Part shown: positions 1 to 13,112 of the stretch, piece after piece
How the letters are laid out: each line of letters begins with the position of its first letter
Position numbering within the stretch: the stretch's first letter is position 1
Assembly (NCBI GenBank): GCA_977017645.1
Contig: OZ360228.1
Location: 82,212,001 to 82,276,000, forward strand
Direction of reading: 5' to 3'
Source: Torpedo marmorata
Lineage: Eukaryota
DNA: 64,000 nt
The notes under the pieces: model-generated
What the model saw: only the letters and a program-made list of their open reading frames with translations
What the model was told of the DNA's origin: nothing
Databases searched by the model: none
Program-made: the position numbers and the translations under genes

Positions 1-118
1 ATGTTTCCGCTCTTTACCTTTCAAAACAGCTGAGTGGGGTAGGCTTCAGTGATCCAGGAATATGGCAGAAGAAAAAAGATAGATTGCCAGCAGGGAGGCC
101 GAGCACCTCCCTGTACAG

Positions 119-493
119 CAGTGGTTTTCAAACTGCCCCCCTAAATTCACATTCCACCTTAAGCAATCCCTATGCCATAAGTGCTCTGTGATTAGTAAAG
201 GATTGCTAAGGTGGTATGTGAGTGGAAAGAAAAAGGTTTGAAAACCACTGTTTTAATCGTACCTAATTGACTCGTTATGTGCACGGTTTCATAACTCCAA
301 AGGAAATGGGCCAATGACAATTTTTCTCAAGCAAAATATTTCAGTAACAATTGGGTCTAGAGCAGTGATTCTCAACCTTCCCTTCCCACTCACATACCAC
401 CTTAAGCAATCCCTTACCAATCACAGAGCAGTTATGGCATGGGGATTGCTTAAGGTGGAATGTGAGTTTAGGGGGGCAGTTTGAAAACCACTG
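119..493. mobile_element. Composite hAT (Charlie-like) MITE: two ~131-bp units in inverted orientation (119-250, 363-493) around a 112-bp spacer
   Basis: Termini CAGTGGTTTTCAAAC...GTTTGAAAACCACTG; each unit is internally palindromic; inner unit preceded by GTCTAGAG, matching the NTCTAGAN target preference of Charlie-type hATs. Confidence 0.8.
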
Positions 494-1560
494 ATATAGA
501 CTAATGATTTGGATGAGAACGTAGGTAACATAATTAGTAAGTTTACAGATGACACCAAAACTGATGGTGTGGTGCACAGTGAAGAAGGTTGCCTAATGTT
601 GAAAGAGAAGAACTGATTGCATGCGAGAGAAGATCTATCGGCTTTTGAAAAGGCAGGAATCTAGGTCAAGTGGGAAAGTGGCAAAAGAATGGCAGATGGA
701 ATTTAATTCGGATAAGTATGAATTGATACATTATGGAAAATTAAACCAGGGCAGGAACTGCTCACCCTAACCATCTGAGACTCTCATTTCTACAAAACAA
801 TATTTATTTATTTATTTTTATCGATATAATACTTGTCCTGCATATGTATTATTTGTCTGTATGTGTGTTATGTCTGGTTGTGTGTCTGCATGTTTTTGCA
901 CCGAGGACCGGAGAACACTGTTTCGTCGGGTTGTACTTGTACAATCAGATGACAATAAACTTGACCTGACATACACAGGGCTCTGGGGAGTGCTGTAGAA
1001 CAGAGAGACCGAGGGGTACAACTTTGTAGTTCCTCGAAAGAGTCAATCCAATTGGCTAGGGTGCCAAAGAAAGTGTTTGACATACTTGCCTTCATCAGTC
1101 AGGCATTGGGTACAATAAATAGAATGCTATTCAAGACATTGATATAACTGAATATTGTATGCAGTTCAGATCAGCATGTTATAGGTAGCCTGTTACCATG
1201 CTGTCTCTCTTAATTTAAAAATTAAATAAATATTACAATTATAGATAAGGTAGATGGTGACAGTCTATTTCCAAGGGTGGGGGAGTGTAAAACTGGAGGG
1301 CATAAGTTTAAGTTGAGAGGGGAAAGATTTAAAGGGGCGAGGGGCACTTTCTTCACACAGAGGGAATGTAGAATGAGCTGCCAGAGGAAATAGTAGAGGA
1401 GGGAACAATTACAACATTTAAAAGACATTTGGACAGGTACATGGATGGGATCTGTTTAGAGGGAAATGGGTGAAATGCAGGCAAATGGAACGGGCTCAGG
1501 CACTGGGGTTGGCATGGATAAATTGGGATTAAGGGCCTATTTCTGTGCTGTATGTCTCTA
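494..1560 (+). mobile_element. Degenerate CR1/L2 LINE 3' region, interrupted by another LINE tail at about 785-970
   Basis: AATGATTTGGATGAGAAC...AAGTTTACAGATGACACCAAA (NDLDE...KF.DDTK-like); ends in the GGGCCTATTTCTGTGCTGTATGTCT tail shared with the tRNA SINEs. Confidence 0.7.
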
Positions 1561-1964
1561 CATAGACAGAAAGAAGATGATCTGTTGAATATGAAGCCCA
1601 GCAGTGTGGTAGTTATGGACAATAAATACCTCATTCCTTGTAAGAGAGAGAAGGTATGAGAGCAGAAGAATGGCAAATTGCATCTATTTTGAAAAGGTAC
1701 TTATCAATCAACCATGGAGCAGTGAAGTCCTTGGTTGAGGTAAGGGAGGACATCTGATGGGGAAAATGACAGTTATAACACTGCAATGGAGATCTAAACA
1801 GGGAGAAGGAAGTATAGAATTCTTTGGCCTTTTAATAGATGTTGGACTATTTATCAAGGATGGAAGGGAAGAATCAGAAACGATGCTCAAAGGTAAGGAA
1901 CAGTTTAAATCTGAAGCAAAGTTAATGAGGTTCTCTGGACATTCAAGGGCAGGAAGCAACAGCC

Positions 1965-2462
1965 TGCCAAAGAGAAATATTGGAGGAACTCAGCAGGTCT
2001 TGCAATGTCCAGAGGAGGTAAAGATATATAACTGACATTTCGGGCCTGAGCCTTTCTTCAAGGTATGAATAAAAAGCAGGCAGCTACCTGAATTAAAAGT
2101 CTGGGGAAAAGGAAAGCAAGAGCAGGGGGAGGAGCACAGACCAACAGACAAAGAGTGATAATGGACATAGATTAGAGGACAGGAGAGAAAAGGTGAGAAT
2201 TGATCGGGGAGGGGGTGGCTCTGTGAATGCAGAGCTGGAGGAAAGGACACAGAGAAAAGCAGAGAGAGACAGCTTGAGGAAAGGAGAAATAGGGATAGAA
2301 GAGGGGGGTTCTAATGGAAACTGGAGAAATCGGTTAATGCCATCCGGTTGGAGGGTGCTGAGATGGAATATGAAGTGTTGTTCCTCCAATTTTCAGGTGG
2401 TCTCAGTTTGGCAGTGGATGAGACCATGGACAGACATGGGAATGGGGCGGGGAATTGAAATG
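1965..2462 (-). mobile_element. Penelope-like element 3' fragment with pseudo-LTR
   Basis: ORF 2093..2389 EEQHFIFHLSTLQPDGIN matches the C-terminus in other Penelope copies here; hammerhead-like motif at about 2031-2064. Confidence 0.75.
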
Positions 2463-2465
2463 GAA

Positions 2466-3970
2466 AAAGACATCTCCACAATCTCCATCAGCACTGGAGC
2501 ACCACAGGGCTGCATACTTAACCCCCTGCTCTACTCGCTTACACCTAGGAGTGCTTGGCTCAGTATGACAAAACCATCTACAAATTTGCTGATGATAGCA
2601 CGGTGTGTGGGTTATATAAAAAGGGGCAATGAGTCGGCATACAGAAGGGAGATTGAAAACTTGACTGAATGGTGTATTAACAACAACCTCACAATCAAAG
2701 ACACCAAAACCAAGGAGCTGATTGTGGACTTCAGGAAGGGAAAACTTGAGGTGTACGTTCTAGTGATCATTGGTGGTCAGAGGTGGAGAGGGTGAGCACA
2801 TTGGTTCCTGGAATTCACTATCTCGGAGGACCTTTCCTGGACCCAACATACTAATGTCATCATGAAAAAAGCATGTCAACACCTCTACTTCCTCAGGACT
2901 TGGCGGAGGTACGGTATGACATCGAAAACCTTGGCAAACTTCTACAGATGTGTGGTGGAAAGTGTGCTGACTGGTTGCATCATGGCCTGGTATGGGGGCA
3001 CCAATACCTCTGAGTGGAAAGCCCTGCAAAAGGTAGTGGACACAGCCAAGTACATCACAGGCAAAACTCTCCCACCATAGAGGAAATCAATGTGTAATAC
3101 TGCCGTCAGAGAGCAGCAACAATCAACAAGTATCCACACCACCCAGGACATGCTCTGTTCTTGCTGCTGCCATCAGGAAAGAGGTGTAGGTGCCACAAGA
3201 CATACCACCAGGTTTAGAAACAGTTGCTACCCCTCCACCATCAGACTCCTCAACAACAAACTTAATCAGAGACCCTTACTTTGCACATTACAGTAAAAGT
3301 CCAAAAATCCGGATGCCAGAAATCCGGACCACCTGAGAATCCAGACTCTCAAACATTTTAAATTTAGCGGGCTTTTGTGTGCGTGCGTAAGCGCCAGAGA
3401 TGCACAGCGGCAACAAGTGACCACGCTTAATATAGGTAATCTTATCACAAAGAAATTCATTTGTATACTGTATTTTTCTTTTACAATGTTCATTTTTAAA
3501 CATAATTTCAAGCATTACACACTTTTTTTTGTAGAGAAAATTTAAAGTCAGGTGTTGACTTTATTTTACTTTAAAACTGCTCATTTTGATAAATGAAGCA
3601 TGCCAACGAATATACGATCAATATTTACCTGTTCATTTCTTTATTCCTCCTTAAATTTGAATTTTAGAAGTACCTCCTGAGAATCTGGATAATCCAAAAA
3701 TCCGGACCGACCCAATCGCCAAGCAGTCCGATTTTAGGACTTTTACTGTATTTATTCCTGATTATTTATTTATTTCTGTATTGCACAGTTTGTTTACATT
3801 TCTTTTTTTTGTTTACATTTCTCTCTTTTGTATACATATCTTTTTCCTGAGTCCAATTTGCACTACTAATAAGTAGAAATTCTGCTTGGCCTGCAGGAAA
3901 AAGAATCTCAGGGTTGTATGTGATGTAATGAATGTACTCTGACAATAAATTTGAAATTTGAACTTTGAAC
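2466..3970 (+). mobile_element. 5'-truncated Rex1/Babar-clade LINE (family 1), frameshifted, with a MITE inserted in its 3' UTR
   Basis: TGAPQGCILNPLLYSL, KTKELIVDFRK, KKACQHLYFLR...FYRCVVESVLTGCI; tail ACAATAAA(TTTGAA)n. Confidence 0.85.
3291..3748. mobile_element. Tc1/mariner (pogo/Tigger-like) MITE
   Basis: TIRs CAGTAAAAGTCCAAAAATC / GATTTTAGGACTTTTACTG; TA duplicated at 3289-3290 and 3749-3750; internal AATCCGGA repeats. Confidence 0.85.
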
Positions 3971-4739
3971 TAGAAATTATTACAAATGCATAAAAGAAAC
4001 AGAGACCAGAGTGGGTGGTAACCGAGGGAAGGTGGCCATTCTCTGTGTAACAAGCTGCATTGTACAGATGCAAACATTTCTGTCAGGCTGTAACTGACTT
4101 TTTGGAGGCAATCTTTCACTGACAAATTAATTTGTAATTTTCCTGCCTCTTGGACTCTGGCGGTAATGCTGCTAAATACTACTGAGCAAAAAACTGAAGC
4201 ATCCTCTCTTACACATTGCATCACTTAAATATGTAAGCTCATTGCTCTGTGAAGGGTTGATTCAACTTTAAAGACTGGTTGAAACTTTGTTCTTCAAATG
4301 CAGTATGTTCATGACCTTAATGTTGATGGTGTGACCACATCATCCATTTCCTCATTGGACATGATGCAACTGTGTGTGGCTATCTGCAGTACCAATGTTT
4401 GAAGCGAACTTGCTTCATCTGCCACAACATTACTGTTTTTGGACTAAAAATGGAAATTTGTAGCAGGAAATGAAAAAGATCTTTCTTATAATATCTGATT
4501 TGGAGACTTTCTTTAAATATTTCTTCATGATAATTGATAATCACTTGTAATTCCTTTGAATGTTATTTGGGAATTGTAGATTTTCTAAGATGGGGAAAAT
4601 TAGATCAATTGATATTTAGATAAATGCAGCTCCAAGTAGAAAGCTGTGAGGTCTGCATGAGCAAACTATAATTTCAGGCAATTTTTTTCACTGGAAGATA
4701 CAGGACCGCATCATTGTGGCAGAAACAACATATAGCAAG

Positions 4740-5360
4740 ATTTAAAGGGTGTGCAAATATGTGCACAAATCTTTAAAAGTGGCAGGGCATGGTGAGTGAA
4801 TAGTTAATGGGAGCCTGGCCTTCATAATCAGAGACATAGAAGTTCAAAAAGTTTTGTTAAGACTTTATAGATATGGTTTAAGCCACAACTGAAGTACTGC
4901 ATCATCTTCTGTTCACTGCACCTTCAGAAGGATGTGAAGGTCCTACAGAGGGTGCAGAAGAGAATTATTTTAGGGATGAAAATTTTCAGCAACAACATTA
5001 GGCTAGGGAAACTGGGCTTGTTACCCTGGGAGAAAAAATAGATTGAGAGGAAATTTGATAGAAGTCCACAAGACAGTTAGAAGTCAATATGGGAAAGTAG
5101 AGAGATGCTGTTTCCATTAATAGGTGATTCAGGGTCCAGGACCATAAATCTAAGCAGAAAATATTGTAAGCTGGAAATCACACCTGTAAGCCCGATGGAA
5201 ACTGTTAGTTATAGTTTTTAATTGGGAAATGGATTGGTACTTGAGGGGAAAAAATGCAGAACTACTGGGGGAAAAAAGCAGGGTATTGGTCCTGAATAAG
5301 TCTGCTCCACATGGATCCAGCATAAAGTCAGAGAGCCTTCTGTACTACAATGGTTCTATC
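4740..5360 (+). mobile_element. Degenerate CR1/L2 LINE 3' fragment
   Basis: Decayed match to the better preserved copy at 63017-63650 (for example GAGGGTGCAGAAGAGA, ERVQ.R). Confidence 0.6.
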
Positions 5361-5549
5361 CATGGGGTTACATCAATCCAATCCATGTTGCAACAGTTTG
5401 ACTTCAGTCGCTGTAGGGTGTTTTCCTTTCTCTACTCACAGAACTTGCTACAAAGGTCAAATAGTTCATTTAGAAGTCTTATATATACTCTTAAATGCCT
5501 GAGTTTTTTTATTTATATAAAATATATCACACCACCGCCATCAAGTGGA

Positions 5550-5740
5550 CAATACTACTATGCCTTATACTCAACATCCAAAAACAAAGGTCCTCTACCA
5601 ACCTGCCCCCATTGAAGCACTCTGCCCTCCATGGCGCAACATTGGAAAACCGCTTTCCATATCCAGTAATCACCTCTTGGCAAAGGCAGACATTGATGAT
5701 GAAATTCACCATCACCTACAACACAACAGCACAGCCCTGG
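5550..5740 (+). mobile_element. RTE-clade LINE fragment
   Basis: Frameshifted LNIQ/KTKVLYQPAP...LENRFPY...LAKADIDDEIHH motifs typical of RTE ORF2. Confidence 0.6.
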
Positions 5741-7436
5741 CTAATTGAAGAAATAGTCTCACAACCTCACCCTTCCCCTCCCCTACCTGACTCCATATGT
5801 CCATCATTTCCCTCCTTACCTGGTTCCACCTATTGCCTGTCAGCCATGCCTCACCCCTTCCTCTTATCTCTTTATACTGGCTATTTGCCCTCTACCCTCT
5901 CAGTCCAGATGCAGGGAAGCATTGACCATCCTTCTGACTCCGCAGTTGCTACCTGACTCACTGAGTTCCTTCTGAAGTTTGATCGTTGGCCCTGATATAT
6001 CAGTGCTGAATAGCTGAATGTCTCCCCAGACCAACAATTTCATTTTTGTTGCAGAAACATACTGTGGGTAACTTTTTGCATCACAATACAGAGGGTTCTA
6101 TAAAACCTGAAAGCCAGGGGGATGGTAAAATATTCTAAGTTTGACAAAAAAATCATTCCACTCACTGGAACAAAACTAGGGTTAGTGGAGGATTGAGGAA
6201 AGATTCCTCACGTCATTTGGTTGCTGGAAGGTCATTCACTACAGCCTAAGGATATTATGGCTGGACTCTGAGTACATGCTCAGCTTATTCTTGGCTGATT
6301 CATCAATGACCTTCTCTCAATCACGAGATCAGGTTTGGATTCTGCAGTTTGTAGCCTGATTCGTAACCTTGCAAAAACAAAACCGAGGCAGCAAAGCCAG
6401 GAGAATATTCAGGCTTGAACTGAGCTAGATCAGACTATTTATGACAAAAAAGCATAACCACCTCCATCTGGCCTTCAAAAGGGCCACCATAGTCAAGTTT
6501 CATACCATCAGTATTCTGGATAGGTTTGTGGTGGGTGGGATATAGGGGTGCGCCATTGACCAGGAGTTTAACTCAAACAACAAAATCAACATAATTGAGG
6601 CAAGAACGGTTATGTTTTCTCAAGATGAATACATTATCACAAGGATCTTGCTTCCTGACTCCTAAACATTTCCTCCAGTATCAACAAGCAGTAAATTAAG
6701 ATCATGACAAAACACATGCTGACCATTTGCCATTAATCGGTTAGGAGGTGAGCTCTTCCTAGTAAAACTCCCAGCAGGAGAAATCAATTCAAATGATTTC
6801 ATTGAATTGCTTAATTTTGACAAGATATATTTGCAAATTTTTTTAAAATCTTGTGATAAGAGTTGACTGCTCTTATTACCTGTCTTTGGAGGCCAGTGTT
6901 CAACCTCGTGCTAGGGTCAGCTATGCTCCACATTGGAACAATATGAATCAATCGTGTTTAGTCAAGCTTTCATCCCTGGTAAACTGATGTTGGCACAGCA
7001 CCGAGTGCTTAGTATAGAGATGGTGTGAGATCTTGAAGAGGGTATTGGATAAAGTAATGATGAAGAAAACTTTGCAAGTCTGCAGAGAAAGGGCCAGGGG
7101 TTGGAACAAGTAAGTTGCTCTGGTTTGAGAACCTGGCACGGATGAGGCCTCCTATGTTGTATTCTATGATTCTATGAGGGCATTGGTACAGACCAATACT
7201 ACAATTCACATGATTCAATGTTTCATCTGGCTACGTTATGCATTATAGGCTGAACAGCACCTATGTTTAATCAAATCTGTTCACATGAATCTCTTCAATT
7301 TTTATGAAGCACAACCACACTTGATATATTTGTGTATTGTGTCCTGACTTGTGGTGTTTGCTCAACAAACTGCATGGACTACTTTGGCATAATCCGAAGG
7401 AACTAATCTTGCATCCCATGTAATCTCTGTATTTGT

Positions 7437-8270
7437 CAAGATTCAAGATTCAATTTATTGTCATTGTAATAAAACAGTGTAATATTACATGAAATTGCTT
7501 TTGCCTGCTGTAAGGCAGACAGATTCGCCATCGGCAGAAATTGCCTGAAGCGCCTCTTACAGTCAGAGAAAGAGAAGCAAAAGAGAGTCCCCCCAGAGTC
7601 ACCGAGTGTCCGTAGATTCACCTCCAGTGCTTCCGCAGCCTCCACAGCCACACAGAGTCCAGTCCAAACCATTGGCAACCCGAGCTCCAGATCCGAACCT
7701 CCGACACGGTCAGAAACCCTTCAGCGCCTTCGGCACCCCCTTGCATCCCGATTCCGATACCTGGTACCCCTTCAGCCAGTTTCGAGCCAGTCACCAGCAG
7801 TCCGCAGCCCGGAGTGAGTCGCTTGACAGCAGTCTCCAGCAGCCCACAGCCTCCGTGGGTTCCTCGCCTCGAGTCGCATGCATTGGTCTTTCAGCCGCAG
7901 AGCCCCCTCACTGGTCTGCCGCCGTGGTCACTGTCCCATGGGTCATCTCCTCTGCTTCTCCTTCTCAGACGGGGGATGGTCTCCCCGTTTTCTGGTGCCC
8001 TGCGCCAGTCCTCTGCTCCCCTGGAGTCTGCAACCCCTCGTGGCTGCTGCCGATCATAGGCGCCGCCATCTTAGGTGCAGACTCCGCGGTCGCGGGAATT
8101 TAAATAAAACTACCGTCGGCTCCTTCAAAGCCTGTGCGGAGCTGACGGCAGTTGACTGAGCGGCTGGACCCCGCAGGAGCACTGTATCTCCGCTCCTTGC
8201 TCCCCGCGGGTCCGCACCAGTGGCAGCGCTGCCGTTACAGCGGCTCCGGCAGTGCCGCCATTTTCCAAAA
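7437..8270 (-). mobile_element. Non-coding GC-rich retroelement with Rex-like 3' tail (putative non-autonomous Rex1/Babar derivative)
   Basis: Closely related copy at 48900-49775 in the opposite orientation; 5' end AAAATGGCGGC; tail ACAATAAA(TTGAATC)n. Confidence 0.8.
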
Positions 8271-10434
8271 TGATGTTGATATAAAATATGGTGTTAGCGC
8301 AAAGCTGTAATAGCACAGAGACTGAAGTCACCAGGCTGAAGGTGTTTGTCTTGGGAATTATGCATAAATGATGTTTCTTTAAGTAGCTCTGATTACCACA
8401 AACCAATGAGCAGAGCTCTGCTACCCTTGTCAACCATCAGAACAAAACTGACAGTATAACTCGGGTTCAAGGAACGTCTACAGATGGGATCTTATGATTG
8501 CTTGCAAGATACATTTTTTTAAATGTTTTACTGGAAAACATGCTGGATTACAAACACCTGAATCATGTAACTATGTCCCACATGCCAAAGTTATTTATTC
8601 ATGGTTACAGATCTTACAGGTTGAGAACTGGCAATTACCATGTGGGCCACTAGATGGCATCAGAATTTTTAAAATTGAACACAATTTATATTTTGTTGGG
8701 CAGAAGATAAAGTTGTCAAGTACTGTATAAGGCAAGAATTGTGTCATATTGAATCCACCAGAAAAACACATGTGAATAAATCTAATACTGTCCATAGAAT
8801 GTTCTGTCACAATAAATTCCATACACAATAAAGTTTCAACTCTGAGGTGAAACTGAATTGCACCTATGTGGTCGTTCTTCTCTCCCCCTTCAACTTTTTC
8901 TTTTTTCCAATTTGGTAGCTTTTACTGATAAAGCCAATCAAACATTTTCGAAGAAGCCATTATATCAGTCTTAGTTGCCAAATATTGAACAGAATGGCAA
9001 AGATTGATTATAAACAGGCATTTGCTTAAAGCATAAATTGCATAACATTGGGAATTGATGTTTGCCTCCAACACACATCCCTTTTTGTGCGACCAATCTC
9101 CTCACAGATGTACTGGATACAAACTATCAGTCGTTACATCTTTGTACCTCTGGGGCGTGGAATTGTTCATTATAAAGTGGCAAAAATACAAAACTTCTGT
9201 TCAAAGAAAACCCTGTCTCAAAAGGAAATACAATATTTTTATATTAATGTATTTTTCCCATAAAGTTAACTGTGAGGGAGAATGGACAAATACAATCTAA
9301 TGAACTATATTATGTTTTCATATTTGTGTTTTTTCTTGGGAAATACAGGTCACATTTAACAGGGACTTGAATGAAAGCTCCAAACTCAACAACATCCCTT
9401 CTTCTTCAACTGTCCACTGTAAACATAAGTTGCAGAGTCACATTCTTTAGTTGCATTCTTGGCAAATGTTGTCTATATACTGTAGTCTTCTCCTACCAAG
9501 ATACAAGTTCAAAGTCTGATGAAGCGTTTTCCATTGGATCGTGCAACAACTTCTAATGTAAATCTATTAATCACAGACTGCTCATCTCAAGCAATAAATT
9601 TCACAGGCTTCATCAATTTTTCTACATCAAGTCAGAAAAGAAGATTATCTTAAACTTCCATCTACAGTTAAAGGTTTCTTGAATGAGACAGTTTATCTCC
9701 AGCCATCTCGTGAGAGCAAATATCTGAGAGACCACAGGAAGTTCAATTTAACCATCAGCTCATATTACAATGAGATCAAATTGGTAGACAAAAGTATTCT
9801 AAGTACCACAAAGAAGTAATAAATCCTACTTCCACAAACAGCATGAACAACAGCTTCATGTAACTCATTCTGCACCATTTTAAAGGAACAAACTCTTTTA
9901 TTTAGCTGCTAAATGTACTTGTTTCAATGGTGATTCTTTATGGAAAGAACATTGCAGATTACCAAATTCTTCCTGATGGATATCTTTGAAAAATCAGCAT
10001 TCTTCTACTCTTGGCTTGTAGGATACTTTTCATTATCCAGAAGAGTTGTATTTATGATTCAATCAAGCAAGGCAATTCAAAATTATTTTGGTGTCTTTGA
10101 ACTAAAAATGCCAATTCCTCAAATGTTAAGATTTTAATCAAGAAAACAACTTGGGTGGATCAATATACATGTACTCACAAACTGGAGGAACTGTAACAAA
10201 TACTTTTATCCCAATTGTCAGCCACAATGTATTTCTCCACCACTTCAGTGTATTCTTATTTCCATTGTTTAAACTAGCCCCTGGAACATGTAAAGGCATT
10301 TGAAGACATTTGAAACCATAGCACCTATAATGTGCCTTAAAACATTTCAAGAGAATACCTTTACATTTTATACCCAAGAAGACTGTTAAGTTGGAGGAGG
10401 TTTAGAATATTTACCTGGAAAAAACAAAGGAAGG

Positions 10435-10850
10435 TAGAGAGATCACAAGATATAGGAGCAGAAGTAGGACCATTGGCCCATCGAGTCTGCTCCACCATTC
10501 TAATCATGAGCTGATCCATCCTCCCATTCAACCTCACTCCCCGGCTTTCTCCCCGTAACCCTTGATGCCCTGACTAATCAAATACCTGTCAATCTCTGCC
10601 TTAAATACACCCAATGATCTCGCTTCCACAGCCGCCTGTGGCAACAAGTTTCACAGACTCACGACCCTCTGACTAAAGAAATTTTACCGCATCTCTGTTT
10701 TAAATTGACACCATTTTATCCTGAAGTTGTACCCTCTTGTCCTAGACTCCCCAACCATGGGAAACATGGTCCTTGCCACATCTACTCTGTTCAGGCCTTT
10801 CATCATTCAAAATGCCTCTATGAGGTCCCCCCTCATCCTTCTGTACTCCA
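10435..10850 (-). mobile_element. CR1/L2 LINE 3' end
   Basis: Reverse strand ends ...GATGGGCCAATGGTCCTACTTCTGCTCCTATATCTTG, a typical CR1/L2 3' stem-loop tail. Confidence 0.7.
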
Positions 10851-11029
10851 AGATCTCTGTGCTCCAAATGTTGAGACATGCTGTTGATATGAAACTTTTG
10901 AAATCATTGTAAAATTCTGGAAGTTGTAACAGTTGTAATTAAAAGATAAGGTATTGTTTCATGAGTTTGTGCTGATGATAGAGAGGCTAATGGGAATGAG
11001 ATGGAAAATTGAAGCAACAATTAAAAGTT

Positions 11030-11500
11030 GCACTTGCAGACTGAAAGACATATTCTGAAAAGTGATCACCCAACATGTACATTTGGTCTTCCCAATATAG
11101 AGGAGTCCATGTAATAAGCTGTGGCTCCAGCATACTAAATTAAAGAAGTGCAAGTAAATTGCTAAATCACTTGGAAAGCGTGTTTGGGGCTTGGTAGGAA
11201 AGAAGGAAATAAGAAAACAGGTTTATCTGCTGTGGCCATGGACATGTTGCTGTTGGAAGGGAAAGGATCATTTATGGAGATGGAAGATTAAATCAGAGCT
11301 GCACAGAATGAAGACTTGCTTTGATTGGATGGGCAGGAGAGAAAAAGATTAGTCTTTTGTTGTTGTTGTCATACTGTTGTCTTAATTTGTGCAGGATGAT
11401 CCGTTGAATGTGAAGGCTAGTGGAGTGGAAAGTGAGGATGAGGATAGAATTCTTCTAATCAAAGGAGGGGAGGGAGCGAAAGTGCAGGGAAATGGAATTG
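11030..11500 (-). mobile_element. Old Penelope-like fragment (GIY-YIG region)
   Basis: ORF 10959..11153 contains LLYIGKTK, a decayed YIGET motif. Confidence 0.5.
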
Positions 11501-11599
11501 ATGTGGTTGAATGAGTGTCTTATTTACTGTGGAGGAGTGAAATCCTTATTTGAGGAAAAAGAAAACTACAGGGCTTATTGTTGGGACCCCTTACTATAA

Positions 11600-12690
11600 A
11601 TATTAACCATCTGGATGCAAATGTAGTAGCTATGATTAGTACACTGACAGGTGACACAATCACTAATGGTGTTGAGGAAGGTGAGGAGGGTAGTCCTTGG
11701 TTACAATATAATGTTGACTGGTAAAAGCGTAATGGTTGGCACAACATTACTGCAGTGCCAGCGAGCCGGGTTCAAATCTACCACTGTCTGTAAGGAGTTG
11801 TACGTTCTCTCCATGTCCACGTGGGTTCCTCTGGGCGCTCCAGGTTCCTTCCACATTCCAAACACGTATGGGTTGGGAGGTTGATTGATCACAAAGGTGT
11901 TTTGGGGCTATGTGGGCTCGTGGGCCTGTTACCGTGCTGTAGATCTAAATTAAAATTTGAAAGATGGATAGAGAAATGACGAATGGAATTTAATCCTGAA
12001 AAATGTGAAATGTTACATTTTGGGAAGACTAATCAGGCTAGGATCCACAAAATGAATGGTTTACCCTGAGAAGCACTAGGAAATAGCGGTATACCTTGGT
12101 ATACATGTCCACGGACCCCTGAAGGCAGCAGCACAGATAGAAATGAGATACTTCCTTCATTAACCAGGTCATAGAATATAAGAGCATGGAGGTTATGGTA
12201 AAACTATATAAAACATTGGTTAGGCCACAGCTGAAGTACTGTGTTCGTTTTTGGTCACCACACAAAAGGAAGAATGTGATTGCACTGGAGAAGGTGCAGA
12301 GGAGATTCTTCAAGATGCGACATTACAACTTTGAGGAGAGACTAGAGAGGCTGGGGTTTGTTTTCTCTGCAGTGGAGAAGTCTAAGGGCTGACCTGACAG
12401 AGATGTACAAAATTGCGAGAGGCAGAGAGAGTGGGATTTTTTTTCATCTCAGCAGGTTTATGTTGGGGGAAGTAGATTTAGAGGTGTTTGGTGGTGGGAT
12501 TTTTTCACCCTGAGGGTTATTACTTGAATCACTGCTTGAGAAAATGGTGGAGGTTCTCCCACAATTTTAAGAAGCACACGAAATCCTGTGGCATAAAGGC
12601 TACAGGCTGATATCTGGAAAATTGTTTCAGTGTATGTAGGTGGTTGACATGCAGGGCCAAAGGTTTCTATGATGTACAATTCTTTGACTC
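11600..12690 (+). mobile_element. CR1/L2 LINE fragment interrupted by a tRNA SINE
   Basis: ORF 12186..12392 EVMVKLYKTLVRPQLKYCVRFWSP...ALEKVQRR. Confidence 0.8.
11727..11960 (+). mobile_element. tRNA-derived V-type (HE1-like) SINE, diverged
   Basis: B-box GGTTCAAATC; core GTGGGTTCCTCTGGGCGCTCCAGGTTCCTTCCAC; CR1-like tail. Confidence 0.8.
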
Positions 12691-12847
12691 AAAAATTACA
12701 ACATGAATGTCAGGTAACTATAACCTAAATCTTTCCCAAAGGATCAATAATTCAAACTAATTGTGGAGCCTTTCTTTTAGAGTTTAACAAAAGAAATATA
12801 AAGATGTTAAAATGTGCATTCTTTCTTTGAACATAAGATAACATTAA

Positions 12848-13112
12848 GGGGCGGCACGGTTAACGTAGCGGTTAGCGCAACGCTGTTACGGTGCCAGCGA
12901 CTGGAGTTCGAATCCAGCGCTGTCTGTAAGGAGTTTGTACGTTCTCCCTGTGTCTGCGTGGGTTTCTTCCAGGTGCTCCGGTTTCCTCCCACCTTTCAAA
13001 ACGTGCTGTGTTGGAGGTCAATTGGGTGTAATTGGCCGGCACGTGCTCGAGGGCTGAAAGGGTCTGTGACTGTGCTGTATGTCTAAATTTTTTTTTAATT
13101 TAAAAATTAAAA
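12848..13112 (+). mobile_element. tRNA-derived V-type (HE1-like) SINE
   Basis: A-box TAACGTAGCGG, B-box AGTTCGAATCC, V-domain core, tail GTGCTGTATGTCTAAA. Confidence 0.9.

Noticed and set aside
12814-13086. Recurrent ORFs with AVCKEFVRSP motif, and tRNA-like sequences
   Set aside because: Translations of tRNA-derived SINE copies; neither proteins nor intact tRNA genes
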